Shown piece after piece: positions 17,064 through 25,974 of a stretch of DNA of 39,762 nucleotides. This stretch comes from Candidatus Eiseniibacteriota bacterium. GTDB lineage: Bacteria; Eisenbacteria; RBG-16-71-46; DASYSL01. The notes beneath the pieces are model-generated. The model had not been told where the DNA came from and did no database searches. It saw only the letters and a list, made by a program, of their open reading frames with translations. Both the position numbers and the translations under genes were made by a program. The DNA is taken from NCBI GenBank assembly GCA_046596055.1, contig JBKJNH010000212.1, positions 1 through 39,762 of the forward strand, in the 5' to 3' direction. Every line of letters begins with the position of its first letter. Position 1 is the stretch's first letter.

Positions 17064-17121
17064 GGTGGGCGCGGCCTCCGGGTCGATCGAGGTGAGGCGC
17101 GCATCCTACCGGAAACGTCGA

Positions 17122-17147
17122 CGCCCCGGGGATCGCTCCCCGGGGCG
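17122..17147 (-). terminator. GC-rich hairpin downstream of the S8 protease
   Basis: CGCCCCGGGGA-tcgc-TCCCCGGGGCG perfect inverted repeat; weak U tract. Confidence 0.65.
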
Positions 17148-17174
17148 CCTGCGATGCGACTCGTTTGCGGCGTT

Positions 17175-20100
17175 CTACGGCAGCAAAACCACGTCCGTGC
17201 GGAACGTCCCGCCGGCGGTGCGCGCCGACACGTAGTACTTGCCGGCGCCGACCGCGCGTCCGGCGGCGTTCAGGCCGTCCCAGCGGACCGAGTGCGTCCC
17301 CGCGTCCAGCGAGCCGCGGACGATGGTGCGCACGTGGGCACCGCGCACGTCGTAGACGGTCACGTCCACGTCGCCACGCTTCGGCAACGCCAGCTCGATC
17401 GCCGCGCGACCATTCCGCGACGGGTTCGCACCGGCCATGCGCAGCCCGTAGCTCCGCGGCGCGACCGGATCGGCCGCCACCAGGGTGCTGACGACCAGCT
17501 CGACGGGCACGTCGACCGCGCCCTCGTCCGGATCGTTACTCGACGCGTGCAGGTTGCCCAGGTACGTGCCGAGCTCCAGGTCCGTCGCGTCATAACCGAC
17601 GGTCAGGTCCACCGAGCCCCCGGCCGGAACCGTCCCGGCCTGCGGGGTGATCGACAGCCACTCGGGCGTCCGCGTGAACTGCACGGCGAGTCCGTCGTGG
17701 GCGTAGTCGGTGTTGAACGTGGTCATGAGCCCGATGTCGCGGGTCTCGTTCTGGATGCCGATCGTCGCCGAGTTTTTCGGCGGCGTCATCGACAGGTACT
17801 GGTACACGATCTTCCCGCTCGGATAGAGGATCGCCTGGTACGTGTACGGCCCGCCCGCCGGCGCGCCCGACGTCCAGTGCGGCACGCCCACCCACGACAC
17901 GATGAAGCGCGAGCCGTCGTTGTGCGTCCACACCGCGCCCGTCGTGCGCAGGTCCATGTCGTCCCAGAACGGGGCGATCAGGCTCTTCGGCACGCGGGAG
18001 CCGGCGCTTGGCAGCGCCTGGTTGGCGTACGCGCTATCGGTTTCGGTGAACGACAGCCAGCCGTTCGTGCAGATGTTCACCGTCGTGCGGCTCGCGCCGT
18101 AGAACGGGAACGCGAAGCCGATCGGCACGCCGGTCTTCGTGCGGTCGTCGGCCGCGAAGCCGCCGAGCCGCGTGCCCACGCCTGTGATGTCGAGCCACGC
18201 GAACGCGGGGCCACCCGGCTCGTCGCTGTCCTTCCACTTGTAGCCGAACGCGTCCGGACCGCCCGCGGCGTCGATGCCGGCGCGCGGGTCGACTTCCCCC
18301 TTGCCCAGCGCGAGGGCCTCGTACGAGACGAAGCTTGCCGCCGCCGCGTCGACGCTGGCGCCGAACGACCACGTGAGGTCGCTGCCGCCGTCGTTGGACA
18401 GTGCCAGAATCTGCGACGTGCTCGTGTTCGGCGCGAGGTAGGTGCCCATTGATGCCGCCGACAGCGCCTGGTCCGGCGCCGCAAGCCCTGAGCCGGTCAT
18501 GGCGATGAGCCGGAACTGCGTGTCGGGATCGTTGCTCTTGATCGTCAGGGTCGCCGGGTAAGCTTGCTCGGCCGCCGGGTTGAAGCTCACGTTGACGATC
18601 GCCGAGCCCAGCGGTGGAATCACCAGCTGGTTCACGCTCGGCGTGTAGGCCGCGTTGTTCGACGTGACTTCGTCGACGATCAGCGCGTCCGTGCCGGCGT
18701 TCTGGATCGAGACCTGCCGGATCTGCGGGTAACCCAGGAACACGGGCCCGAAGTCGATCGGGTCGGGCGTGGCCAGGATGTCCGGCACGCCGACGACGTG
18801 CAGCAGGCACTCGACATCGTACTCGGGAACGGTCGGGTCGTTCGACGAGATCCGAACGACGCCTTCGTAGTCGCCGCCGTACAGGCCGGCGGCGTTGAAG
18901 CCGACCGTCACGTCGGCGAATCCACCCGCGGGCACCGTGCCTGCCAGCGGCGTCGCGGTGAGCCAGCGTGCCGGCGGCGTGAAGCGCACCGCCTTGCCGT
19001 TGGCGATCCAGCTCGCGCTGTTGTAGACGACCTGCAGGCCGTCGTCCCGCGTGGCGTTCTGGATGCCGATCGTGTGGCTCGCCCGGGTCGCGGTCGTGAT
19101 CGTCAGGTACTGGTAGACGAGACGGCCGTCCGGGTACAGGTGCAGCTGGAACGTGTTCGGTGCCGACTCGTTGTACCGCGGGACGCCCTGGTACTGCACG
19201 ACGAGTTTGGTGCCGTCGTACAGGTAGTAGGCATCACCCAGGGTGCGGAAGTCGAGGTCGTCCCAGAACGGCGCGACCAGGTTCTCCGGCACGCCGCTGC
19301 CGATGTTGGGCAGCGTCGTGTTCGCGAAGGCGGTCCCCGACGAGGTGAACGACAGCCAGCCGTTCGTGCAGACCCGGAAGTTGCTGAACGCCGTGCCGTA
19401 GAACGGGAACGAGAAGCCGATCGGGAACGGGCCCAGGTTCTGGTCGTCTCCCGTGAACGGAATCGCGGTGCCCGTGCCCGAGATGTCGACCCACGAGAAC
19501 GCGGGGCCGCCCGGTTCGTCACTGTCCGCCCAGCGGTAGCCGAACGCATCCGGCCCGCCGGCGCCCAGCGGCCTCGGGCCGCCGACCATGTCGGTCGCGC
19601 CCTTCGCCGTCAGCACGTTCTCCGCGTCGCCGTCGACGTGCCGCTGCGCCCGCGACTCGAATCCGGGCGTGCCCGACAGCGCGACCGTGGACAGGTCGTA
19701 GTCGAGCGCCGAGCCGCCGTGGTTCTCGATACGCATCGTGCGCGAGACGGCGCTGTTGGTGTTCAGCGTCTCCTCGAAGTTGCGGGGATCGACCGAGAAG
19801 CTCGGCGCCACCACCGCCTCACCTGTCGCGTGCCGCACGAGGCTGGGCGTGTCGGGGTCGTTGCTCGCGATCGCGACCGTGGCGTCGAGCGTTCCCGGGT
19901 TCACCGGGTTCCAGGTCAGGGCGACGACCTGGGACGCGCCCGCCGCCAGCGAGAACACGCCCGGGCCCGCGGTCAGGGCGGCTGCGCCCGTGCCCGCGAT
20001 CGTGATGCCGGTCACGTCGAGCTGGTCCGTCCCGTTGTTGCTCACCGTCACGTTGCGCACGTACGAGCCGTCCTCGTACTGCGTGCCGTACTTCGACGAG

Positions 20101-22808
20101 TCGGGCGTCGCCGTGATGTTCGGCGCGCCGACCACCGTGAGCCGCGCCGCCGCGAGGGCCGGCGAGTCGTCGGGATCGTTCGACAGCACGATCACGTTGC
20201 CGTCGTAGATGCCGCCGTTGAGCCCGGTGGCGTCGAAGTGCACCGTCAGGTTCTCGCTCTGGCCGGCCGGGATGCGGCCCGACGTCGGCGAGACGCTCAG
20301 CCACTGCCGCAGCGGCACGAACTGCACGACCATCGCGTCGTGCAGGTAGCTGGCGTTCGAGGCGACGGTCAAGCCCACCGTCTCGGTCGCGTTCTGGATG
20401 CCGATGGTCGCGCTGTTGGTCGGCGCGTTCATCGCCAGGTACTGGTAACGGATCTCACCCGACGGGTAGACCAGGATCTGGAACGAGTACGGCCCGCCGC
20501 TCGAGTAACGCGGTGCGGCGATCCACGACACGATGAAGCGCGTGCCGTCGTTGTGCGTCCAGACGCGCGGCGTGGCGCCGAAGTTGAGGTCGTCCCAGAA
20601 CGGGGCGAGCATGTTCTGCGCGCCGCCGGTCGTCGGCAGCGGACCGTTGCTGTAGGCCGTCACGTTGTCGGTGAATGTCGCGAAGCCGTTCGTGCAGACG
20701 CGCAGGCTCGAGAACGAGTTCCCGTAGAACGGGAACGCGAAGCCGAGGTTGACCACGCCCGAGATCGCATCGTCGCCGGTGAGGGCCAACTGCGTGCCCA
20801 CCCCGGTGATGTCGACCCAGCCGAACGTCGGGCCACCGGGCTCGTCGCTGTCGACCCAGCGGTACCCGAACGCGTCGGGACCGCCGCGGCCCAGCATGCC
20901 GGGACGCGGATCCTCCTGGCCCTTGGCCAGGAACATCTCGGGGTGCACGGGCACCTCCTCGATGGGAAGCCGGTTGCCGAGTTGCGAGAACATCAGCTCC
21001 GGCGTCGGCGCGGTCCAGTCGAGGCGACCCTGGCCGGTGTTCGAGACGGCGACGACCTGGTCCGACTGGGCGCCGGTCAGGAGCGTCTCGGTGAGCGACG
21101 TCGGCGCGAGCGTGATCTGCGGCACACCCTGCGTCGTCCCGATCGCCACGTTCGAGATGGGTCCGGCGTTCCCGAACTCGTCGAGCGCGCGCAGCGCGAA
21201 GTAGTACTGCGTGCTGAACGTGAGTCCGGCGACCTCGAACGTCTCTGCGGTGCCGGCCGGCTGCGGGTCGGGGCCCTCGACGGCGTTCGCGGCGTAGAAC
21301 GCGACCGAGTCCGGGATGGGATTCGTCGACCAGCGCACGTCGTAGCGCGAGGCCGTGCCCACGCCCCCGTCGTCACCGGTCGCGGTCCACGCGATCTCCA
21401 TCGTCGTCGAGCCGGGATTCTGGGTCGCGAGGTCCACGACCTGGCCCGGCGGCGTCGAGTCGGGGTCGGCGATCGCGAGGAACACGTTGAGGCGGGCTCC
21501 CGAGACGACCCGGCCGAGCAGCGACGGAATCGGATCCGCCTTGAGCATGAGGAGCTGCTTCACCTGGAGGTTCGTCGCGTTGGGAAAGCGTCCCCACACC
21601 ATCGCGGCCGCGCCGGAGACATGCGGCGTCGCCATCGACGTGCCCGACAGGAGCTGATATCCGCCGCCCGGCTGGCACGACAGGATGTCGTCGCCGGGGG
21701 CGCCGATGTCGACCGACGTCGCGCCGTAGCTCGAGAAGCTGGCGAGCCCGTCGTTGTGGTCGGTGGCGGCCACGCCGATGATGTACGGCGAATCGTAGTT
21801 CGACGGGTAGTGCGGGCTGGTGTCGTTGTTCGACGACGAGTTGCCCGCCGCGGCGATGAACAGCTGTCCCGCCGCGCCGGCGGCGTTGATGGCGTCGAGC
21901 AGCGCCTGCGCGAAGCCGCCGCCGCCCCACGAGTTCGAGGTCAGGCGGCAGCCGATGGCGATCGCGTACTCGACGGACGCGATGGCGCCCTCGGTCGAGC
22001 CCGATCCGCCGCCGGACAGGAACTTGATGCCGACCATCTTCACGTTCCAATTGACGCCGGTGACACCGACGCCGTTGTTGCCCACCGCGCCGATCGTTCC
22101 CGCGCAGTGCGTACCGTGCCCGTTGTCGTCCATCGGATCGCCGTCGTTGTTGACGAAGTCGTATCCGCGGATGTCGTCGACGTAGCCGTTGTTGTCGTCA
22201 TCGACGCCCGGCGTGCCCGCCGCCTCGACGGCGTTGATCCACGCATTCGCGGCCAGGTCGGGGTGGTTGTAATCGAGGCCGGTGTCGATGATGCCGACCA
22301 GCAGGTTCGGGTCACCGGTGAAGATGTCCCACGCGCTGGTGGCGCGGATGTCCGCACCGGACGTGCCGCCGGTCTGGCCCGTGTTGCGCATTCCGTACAG
22401 CTCGGAGAAGCGCGGGTCGTTCGGCGTGGCATCGAGCGTGATCTCGTAGTTGGGCTCGGCGTACTCGACGTTCGGGTTACGATTCAACCGCTCGATCGCC
22501 TGCTCGGTCGAGAGTCCGGGCGGCAGCTTGATGAACTCGGTGCGGATGAAGTCGTAGTCGCGCAGCTTGCGCGTCCCGTTGCCGAGCGCGGCACGCGCCT
22601 CGGCCCGCTGCATGGACGCCATCCCCGGCTTGTACTTGACGAGGATCTCGCCCTCGATCGGACGGCCGCGCCGCATTTCGGGCGAGCGGCCCTGGGCCTG
22701 CGCGTCGGCGACGAACGCAGTCGTGCCGATCGCGGCGGCGATCGCCAGCGCGACGAGCGCGCGGCTGGCGCGCCAGGGACGGAAGTTGAACAGGGGTCGA
22801 AAGGACAT
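17175..22808 (-). CDS. Large secreted modular S8 subtilisin-like peptidase: prodomain, S8, FN3-like, three internal repeat domains with Ig-like spacers, C-terminal FlgD-Ig
   Basis: Catalytic triad IIDTG / NGHGTH / SGTSMATP; signal peptide; three GGPDAFGYxWxDSDEPGGP repeats; C-terminal VTVYDVRG...VRWDG...GKYYV; SD GGAGGT. Confidence 0.92.
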   Translation of the reverse strand: MSFRPLFNFRPWRASRALVALAIAAAIGTTAFVADAQAQGRSPEMRRGRPIEGEILVKYKPGMASMQRAEARAALGNGTRKLRDYDFIRTEFIKLPPGLSTEQAIERLNRNPNVEYAEPNYEITLDATPNDPRFSELYGMRNTGQTGGTSGADIRATSAWDIFTGDPNLLVGIIDTGLDYNHPDLAANAWINAVEAAGTPGVDDDNNGYVDDIRGYDFVNNDGDPMDDNGHGTHCAGTIGAVGNNGVGVTGVNWNVKMVGIKFLSGGGSGSTEGAIASVEYAIAIGCRLTSNSWGGGGFAQALLDAINAAGAAGQLFIAAAGNSSSNNDTSPHYPSNYDSPYIIGVAATDHNDGLASFSSYGATSVDIGAPGDDILSCQPGGGYQLLSGTSMATPHVSGAAAMVWGRFPNATNLQVKQLLMLKADPIPSLLGRVVSGARLNVFLAIADPDSTPPGQVVDLATQNPGSTTMEIAWTATGDDGGVGTASRYDVRWSTNPIPDSVAFYAANAVEGPDPQPAGTAETFEVAGLTFSTQYYFALRALDEFGNAGPISNVAIGTTQGVPQITLAPTSLTETLLTGAQSDQVVAVSNTGQGRLDWTAPTPELMFSQLGNRLPIEEVPVHPEMFLAKGQEDPRPGMLGRGGPDAFGYRWVDSDEPGGPTFGWVDITGVGTQLALTGDDAISGVVNLGFAFPFYGNSFSSLRVCTNGFATFTDNVTAYSNGPLPTTGGAQNMLAPFWDDLNFGATPRVWTHNDGTRFIVSWIAAPRYSSGGPYSFQILVYPSGEIRYQYLAMNAPTNSATIGIQNATETVGLTVASNASYLHDAMVVQFVPLRQWLSVSPTSGRIPAGQSENLTVHFDATGLNGGIYDGNVIVLSNDPDDSPALAAARLTVVGAPNITATPDSSKYGTQYEDGSYVRNVTVSNNGTDQLDVTGITIAGTGAAALTAGPGVFSLAAGASQVVALTWNPVNPGTLDATVAIASNDPDTPSLVRHATGEAVVAPSFSVDPRNFEETLNTNSAVSRTMRIENHGGSALDYDLSTVALSGTPGFESRAQRHVDGDAENVLTAKGATDMVGGPRPLGAGGPDAFGYRWADSDEPGGPAFSWVDISGTGTAIPFTGDDQNLGPFPIGFSFPFYGTAFSNFRVCTNGWLSFTSSGTAFANTTLPNIGSGVPENLVAPFWDDLDFRTLGDAYYLYDGTKLVVQYQGVPRYNESAPNTFQLHLYPDGRLVYQYLTITTATRASHTIGIQNATRDDGLQVVYNSASWIANGKAVRFTPPARWLTATPLAGTVPAGGFADVTVGFNAAGLYGGDYEGVVRISSNDPTVPEYDVECLLHVVGVPDILATPDPIDFGPVFLGYPQIRQVSIQNAGTDALIVDEVTSNNAAYTPSVNQLVIPPLGSAIVNVSFNPAAEQAYPATLTIKSNDPDTQFRLIAMTGSGLAAPDQALSAASMGTYLAPNTSTSQILALSNDGGSDLTWSFGASVDAAAASFVSYEALALGKGEVDPRAGIDAAGGPDAFGYKWKDSDEPGGPAFAWLDITGVGTRLGGFAADDRTKTGVPIGFAFPFYGASRTTVNICTNGWLSFTETDSAYANQALPSAGSRVPKSLIAPFWDDMDLRTTGAVWTHNDGSRFIVSWVGVPHWTSGAPAGGPYTYQAILYPSGKIVYQYLSMTPPKNSATIGIQNETRDIGLMTTFNTDYAHDGLAVQFTRTPEWLSITPQAGTVPAGGSVDLTVGYDATDLELGTYLGNLHASSNDPDEGAVDVPVELVVSTLVAADPVAPRSYGLRMAGANPSRNGRAAIELALPKRGDVDVTVYDVRGAHVRTIVRGSLDAGTHSVRWDGLNAAGRAVGAGKYYVSARTAGGTFRTDVVLLP

Positions 22809-23048
22809 CGGGCGTACCTCCCGGAGGGTCGCGGCGAAAGACTTCCTGGAACCATGGTGCGCACGGCTCGACGCGGGCCACGAAGGCGCGGGCCGAGGCG
22901 TGCGGATGCGCGGCGAGCGATCAAGTTTCGAATGTGCGGCACCGCAAGAGGAGCGGAAGCGGGGCCGGGGGGTGGCCGTCGGAGGCGGTTGCGGCGTCAC
23001 GGATGCTCGACGAATCGCAGGGGTCCGGGCAGGTGACCCGGACGGACC

Positions 23049-23077
23049 AGATTAGGCCCCGGGGGCGGAGCGGTCAA
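23049..23077 (-). promoter_or_regulatory. Sigma70-like promoter of the S8 protease, implying an approximately 230-nt 5' leader
   Basis: Minus-strand TTGACC (23077-23072), 17 nt, TAATCT (23054-23049). Confidence 0.6.
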
Positions 23078-23140
23078 CCGCGAACGGCGCCCGTTTCAGG
23101 GTGAACCGCGCGACCCGGTGACCCGTTATCGGGAGACGGA

Positions 23141-23172
23141 AAGGGGGCGCCCCGCACGGCAGGCGCCCCCTT
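23141..23172 (-). terminator. Intrinsic terminator after sod
   Basis: AAGGGGGCGCC...GGCGCCCCCTT inverted repeat ending in TTT on the minus strand. Confidence 0.65.
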
Positions 23173-23213
23173 CGTCATCAAGTCCCGAGACCTGCGTGCG
23201 GCGCTGCGCGGCG

Positions 23214-23849
23214 CTAGGCCGTCGCGCCCACCAGCTTCAGCTCGAGCGCCTTCGCCTGGTCGAAGCGGGCGCCGATGTCGGCCCAGTTCCACAGGTTCCA
23301 CGTCGCGTCGAAGAAGTCGGTCTTGCGGTTCTCGTACTGCAGGTACCAGGCGTGCTCCCACGCGTCGAGCACCATGATCGGCACGCCGGCCTGCGTGATG
23401 TTCGACTGATGGTCATAGACCTGCACGGTGATCAGGCGGCCGAGCAACGGCTCCCACACCAGGGCTCCCCAGCCCGAGCCCATGACGGTCGAGGCGGCCG
23501 CGTTCATCTGCTTCTTGAAGACGGCGAACGATCCGAAGTCGCGCTTGATCTGCTCGGCCAGCGCTCCGCCCGGTTCGGGCTCGGTCGCGGCCTTGGCCGT
23601 CAGGTTCTGCCAGAAGATCGTGTGCAGGACGTGGCCCGAGACGTTGAACGCGAGGCCGCGCTCGAGCGCGGGGATCGTGGCGAAGTCCTCCTTCGCGCGC
23701 GACTCCTCGAGGCGGTCGAGCAGGCCGTTCGCATTGGTGACGTAGGCGCCGTGGTGCTTGTCGTGATGCAGCTCCATGATGCGCGCCGAAATGTGCGGTT
23801 CGAGCGCCGCGACGTCGAACGGCAGCGGCGGGAGGACGTACTTGGCCAT
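23214..23849 (-). CDS. sod: Fe/Mn superoxide dismutase
   Basis: ALEPHIS, HHDKHH, NVSGHVLHTIFW, GSGW and DAWEHAWY; extended -10 TGnTACACT at 23914-23906. Confidence 0.95.
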   Translation of the reverse strand: MAKYVLPPLPFDVAALEPHISARIMELHHDKHHGAYVTNANGLLDRLEESRAKEDFATIPALERGLAFNVSGHVLHTIFWQNLTAKAATEPEPGGALAEQIKRDFGSFAVFKKQMNAAASTVMGSGWGALVWEPLLGRLITVQVYDHQSNITQAGVPIMVLDAWEHAWYLQYENRKTDFFDATWNLWNWADIGARFDQAKALELKLVGATA

Positions 23850-23911
23850 GGGTGGATCTCCTCGTCACAGGTGGTTCTGCGGGGGTCGTCGTGGCGATCG
23901 CCGGCAGTGTA

Positions 23912-24847
23912 TCACGCCCCCGGCGGCTCGGCTCTGCGGTGGGCGAGCGCCGCGGCGGCCGCCCGAAACACGCTCGCATGGGCGCGAACGGTCGACTCGA
24001 GCGGGCGACCATAGCCCCCGCCCAGCGTGATCACGACCGGCACGTCGCGCGCCGCGCAGGCGGCCAGCACGCGCGCGTCGCGGTCGGCAATCCCGTCGAA
24101 CGTGAGCGCGAGCCGCCCCAGGCGATCGTGCTCGTGCGCGTCGACGCCGGCCTGGTAGAACACGACGTCCGGGGCGTGCGCGGCCAGCCCCGGAGCGAGA
24201 ACGGCGTCGAGCGCCGCCAGGTATGCGTCGTCCCCGACGCCGTCCTCGAGCTCTACGTCGAGCGAGCTCCTCTCCTTGTGCAGCGGGTAGTTGGTGCGAC
24301 CGTGCAGCGACAGCGTGAAGACCGTCGGGTCGTCGGCGAAGATCGCCGCCGTGCCGTTCCCCTGGTGCACGTCGAGGTCGACGATGAACGGCCGCGCGGC
24401 ATGCCCGGCCGCGCGCAACGCCGCGATCGCCACCGCATGGTCGTTGAACAGGCAATAGCCCTCGCCGCGATCCCGGAACGCGTGATGCGTGCCGCCGGCC
24501 AGGTTGCCCGCGACGCCGTCCTCGAGCGCGGCGAAGCCCGCCTGAACGGTGCCGAACACGGCGGCGCGGGCGCGAGTCACCAGGGCCTCGCTCCACGGCA
24601 TGCCGAGGCGGCGCACCTCGTCCGCGCCCAGCGTGCCGCCGAGCGCACGCTCGACGAACGCCACGTCGTGCGCGCGCTGCAACCACTCGACGGGCGCGGG
24701 TTCACAGCGCGCAACGCGATTGCCGACGACGACGCCCTCGGCAAGCAGAAGCTCGCGCAAGGCGCGGTACTTCGCCATCGGGAACGGATGTCCCGGCGGC
24801 AGCGGCACCGTGTATTCGTCGCTGGCCCAGACGCGCAACCGACTCAC
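23912..24847 (-). CDS. Histone deacetylase-family (Zn-dependent amidohydrolase) protein
   Basis: HPFPMAKY, GGTHHA, GYCLFND, DLDVHQGNGT, YQAGVD, LGGGY. Confidence 0.92.
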   Translation of the reverse strand: MSRLRVWASDEYTVPLPPGHPFPMAKYRALRELLLAEGVVVGNRVARCEPAPVEWLQRAHDVAFVERALGGTLGADEVRRLGMPWSEALVTRARAAVFGTVQAGFAALEDGVAGNLAGGTHHAFRDRGEGYCLFNDHAVAIAALRAAGHAARPFIVDLDVHQGNGTAAIFADDPTVFTLSLHGRTNYPLHKERSSLDVELEDGVGDDAYLAALDAVLAPGLAAHAPDVVFYQAGVDAHEHDRLGRLALTFDGIADRDARVLAACAARDVPVVITLGGGYGRPLESTVRAHASVFRAAAAALAHRRAEPPGA

Positions 24848-24967
24848 GGAGCGACGCTCCCGCGGCGGTGAAATTCAGGAATGACGCAGGGCGCAGCGGC
24901 GCCCCCGCCGGTCCGAATGTCAAAGGGTTGTCGGGCCCGCGGCGGTGGACATTTCTCGATTTCCCGC

Positions 24968-24996
24968 TTGCGCCGGAATCCGGGCCTGCCGATACT
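24968..24996 (+). promoter_or_regulatory. Sigma70-like promoter upstream of csp (approximately 175-nt leader)
   Basis: TTGCGC, 17 nt, GATACT. Confidence 0.5.
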
Positions 24997-25040
24997 CAGG
25001 ATGTCTTCGGTGGTTCGTGGATGCGCCGCGCCCGATCGTT

Positions 25041-25068
25041 CGCCAGGACTCGTCCTGGCGTTTTTGTT
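25041..25068 (+). terminator. Intrinsic terminator-like hairpin inside the csp leader
   Basis: CGCCAGGA-ctcg-TCCTGGCG followed by TTTTTGTT. Confidence 0.6.
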
Positions 25069-25179
25069 GGGTAGGCGCGAAGCGGGAATCGAAGCACGCC
25101 GGTCACAACGACCGGACGTTGCCGTCACGATCAGACGGCGCTGTTTGGGGGTTCGCCCCCAGGAACAAGGAGTATCGAA

Positions 25180-25380
25180 GTGGCTGCTGGCACCGTGAAG
25201 TGGTTCAACGAGGCGAAGGGTTTTGGTTTCATCTCCCAGGAGGGTGGCGAGGATGTGTTCGTCCACTTCTCGGCCATCGGGGGTTCGGGGTTCAAGACGC
25301 TCGCCGAGGGCGAGCGTGTCACGTTCGACGTCGTCCAGGGACCGAAGGGTCTCCAGGCTGCGAACGTCGTGCGCGGCTAG
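25180..25380 (+). CDS. csp: Cold-shock protein
   Basis: [15 protein letters not shown] (RNP1) and DVFVHFSAI (RNP2); SD AAGGAG. Confidence 0.96.
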   Translation: MAAGTVKWFNEAKGFGFISQEGGEDVFVHFSAIGGSGFKTLAEGERVTFDVVQGPKGLQAANVVRG

Positions 25381-25409
25381 TTTCACCTCGCAGAACCGCT
25401 TCATCCAGA

Positions 25410-25445
25410 ACGGGGCGCCGGGCGACCGGCGCCCCGGTTTCATTT
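25410..25445 (+). terminator. Terminator between convergent csp and the hypothetical gene
   Basis: GGGGCGCCGG-gcga-CCGGCGCCCC followed by GGTTTCATTT. Confidence 0.7.
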
Positions 25446-25937
25446 CCGGCCCGTGGGCGGCTGCGGCCTGATCGCGGGATACAGCGCGGCGAGCTTCGCC
25501 TCGATGACTTCGAGGTCCTTCCGCGCCGCATTCGGATCGATGTCGAAGGCCGACTGCACGAGGGCCGCCCGGTCGACGAGCTGCTTCACCTCGGCCGCCT
25601 CTTGCGTGCGGTCGGCCGGGACGCGTGCGACGAGGCCGGTGAGCTGCGCCGTCACATCGGCGGCCGCGACCTTCGCTCCGGGGACGTCCATCACCGTGAG
25701 GGCATAGCGCGCCTCGACCGCGCGCAATCGCGCCTGCGTCGCGACCCCGCTGCGGATTGCCTCGTCGCGCGCCGCCTCGATCCTGCCCATCTGCGGCTGC
25801 AGCACCAGGAAGTACAACGCAAGCGCTCCCGCAATGAAGACGAGGTCGAGCCCGACGAAGATCATGAGCGCCTTCTTCATCTGCGCCTTGAACGAGTCCA
25901 TGCGCGAGAGTTGCCCGGGATCGGTCGGGGTGGACAT
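25440..25937 (-). CDS. Hypothetical single-pass membrane protein with a helical C-terminal domain
   Basis: One TM segment (IFVGLDLVFIAGALALYFLVL); SD GAGGAG; GC-typical codons. Confidence 0.7.
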   Translation of the reverse strand: MSTPTDPGQLSRMDSFKAQMKKALMIFVGLDLVFIAGALALYFLVLQPQMGRIEAARDEAIRSGVATQARLRAVEARYALTVMDVPGAKVAAADVTAQLTGLVARVPADRTQEAAEVKQLVDRAALVQSAFDIDPNAARKDLEVIEAKLAALYPAIRPQPPTGRK

Positions 25938-25974
25938 GTCGCTCTCCTCGTGTCGGGGGGTCGGGCCGGGGGAC

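Noticed and set aside
17660-20885. Nucleotide-level repeats considered as a CRISPR array or mobile repeat
   Set aside because: They are diverged in-frame domain duplications more than 1 kb apart inside one CDS, and no cas genes are present.
3749-23018. Shared words CGACGAATCGC (3749, 23008) and GAATGTGCG (3839, 22930) in the NYN-S1 and S8 leaders
   Set aside because: Order and spacing differ, and matches of this length can arise by chance. Not supportable without a genome-wide count.
18564-23036. 1490-aa plus-strand ORF
   Set aside because: Antisense shadow of the S8 protease. It is R/G/V-rich with no motifs, as expected from stop-codon scarcity at high GC.
24844-25443. 199-aa minus-strand ORF across csp
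   Set aside because: Typical antisense shadow of cold-shock genes.
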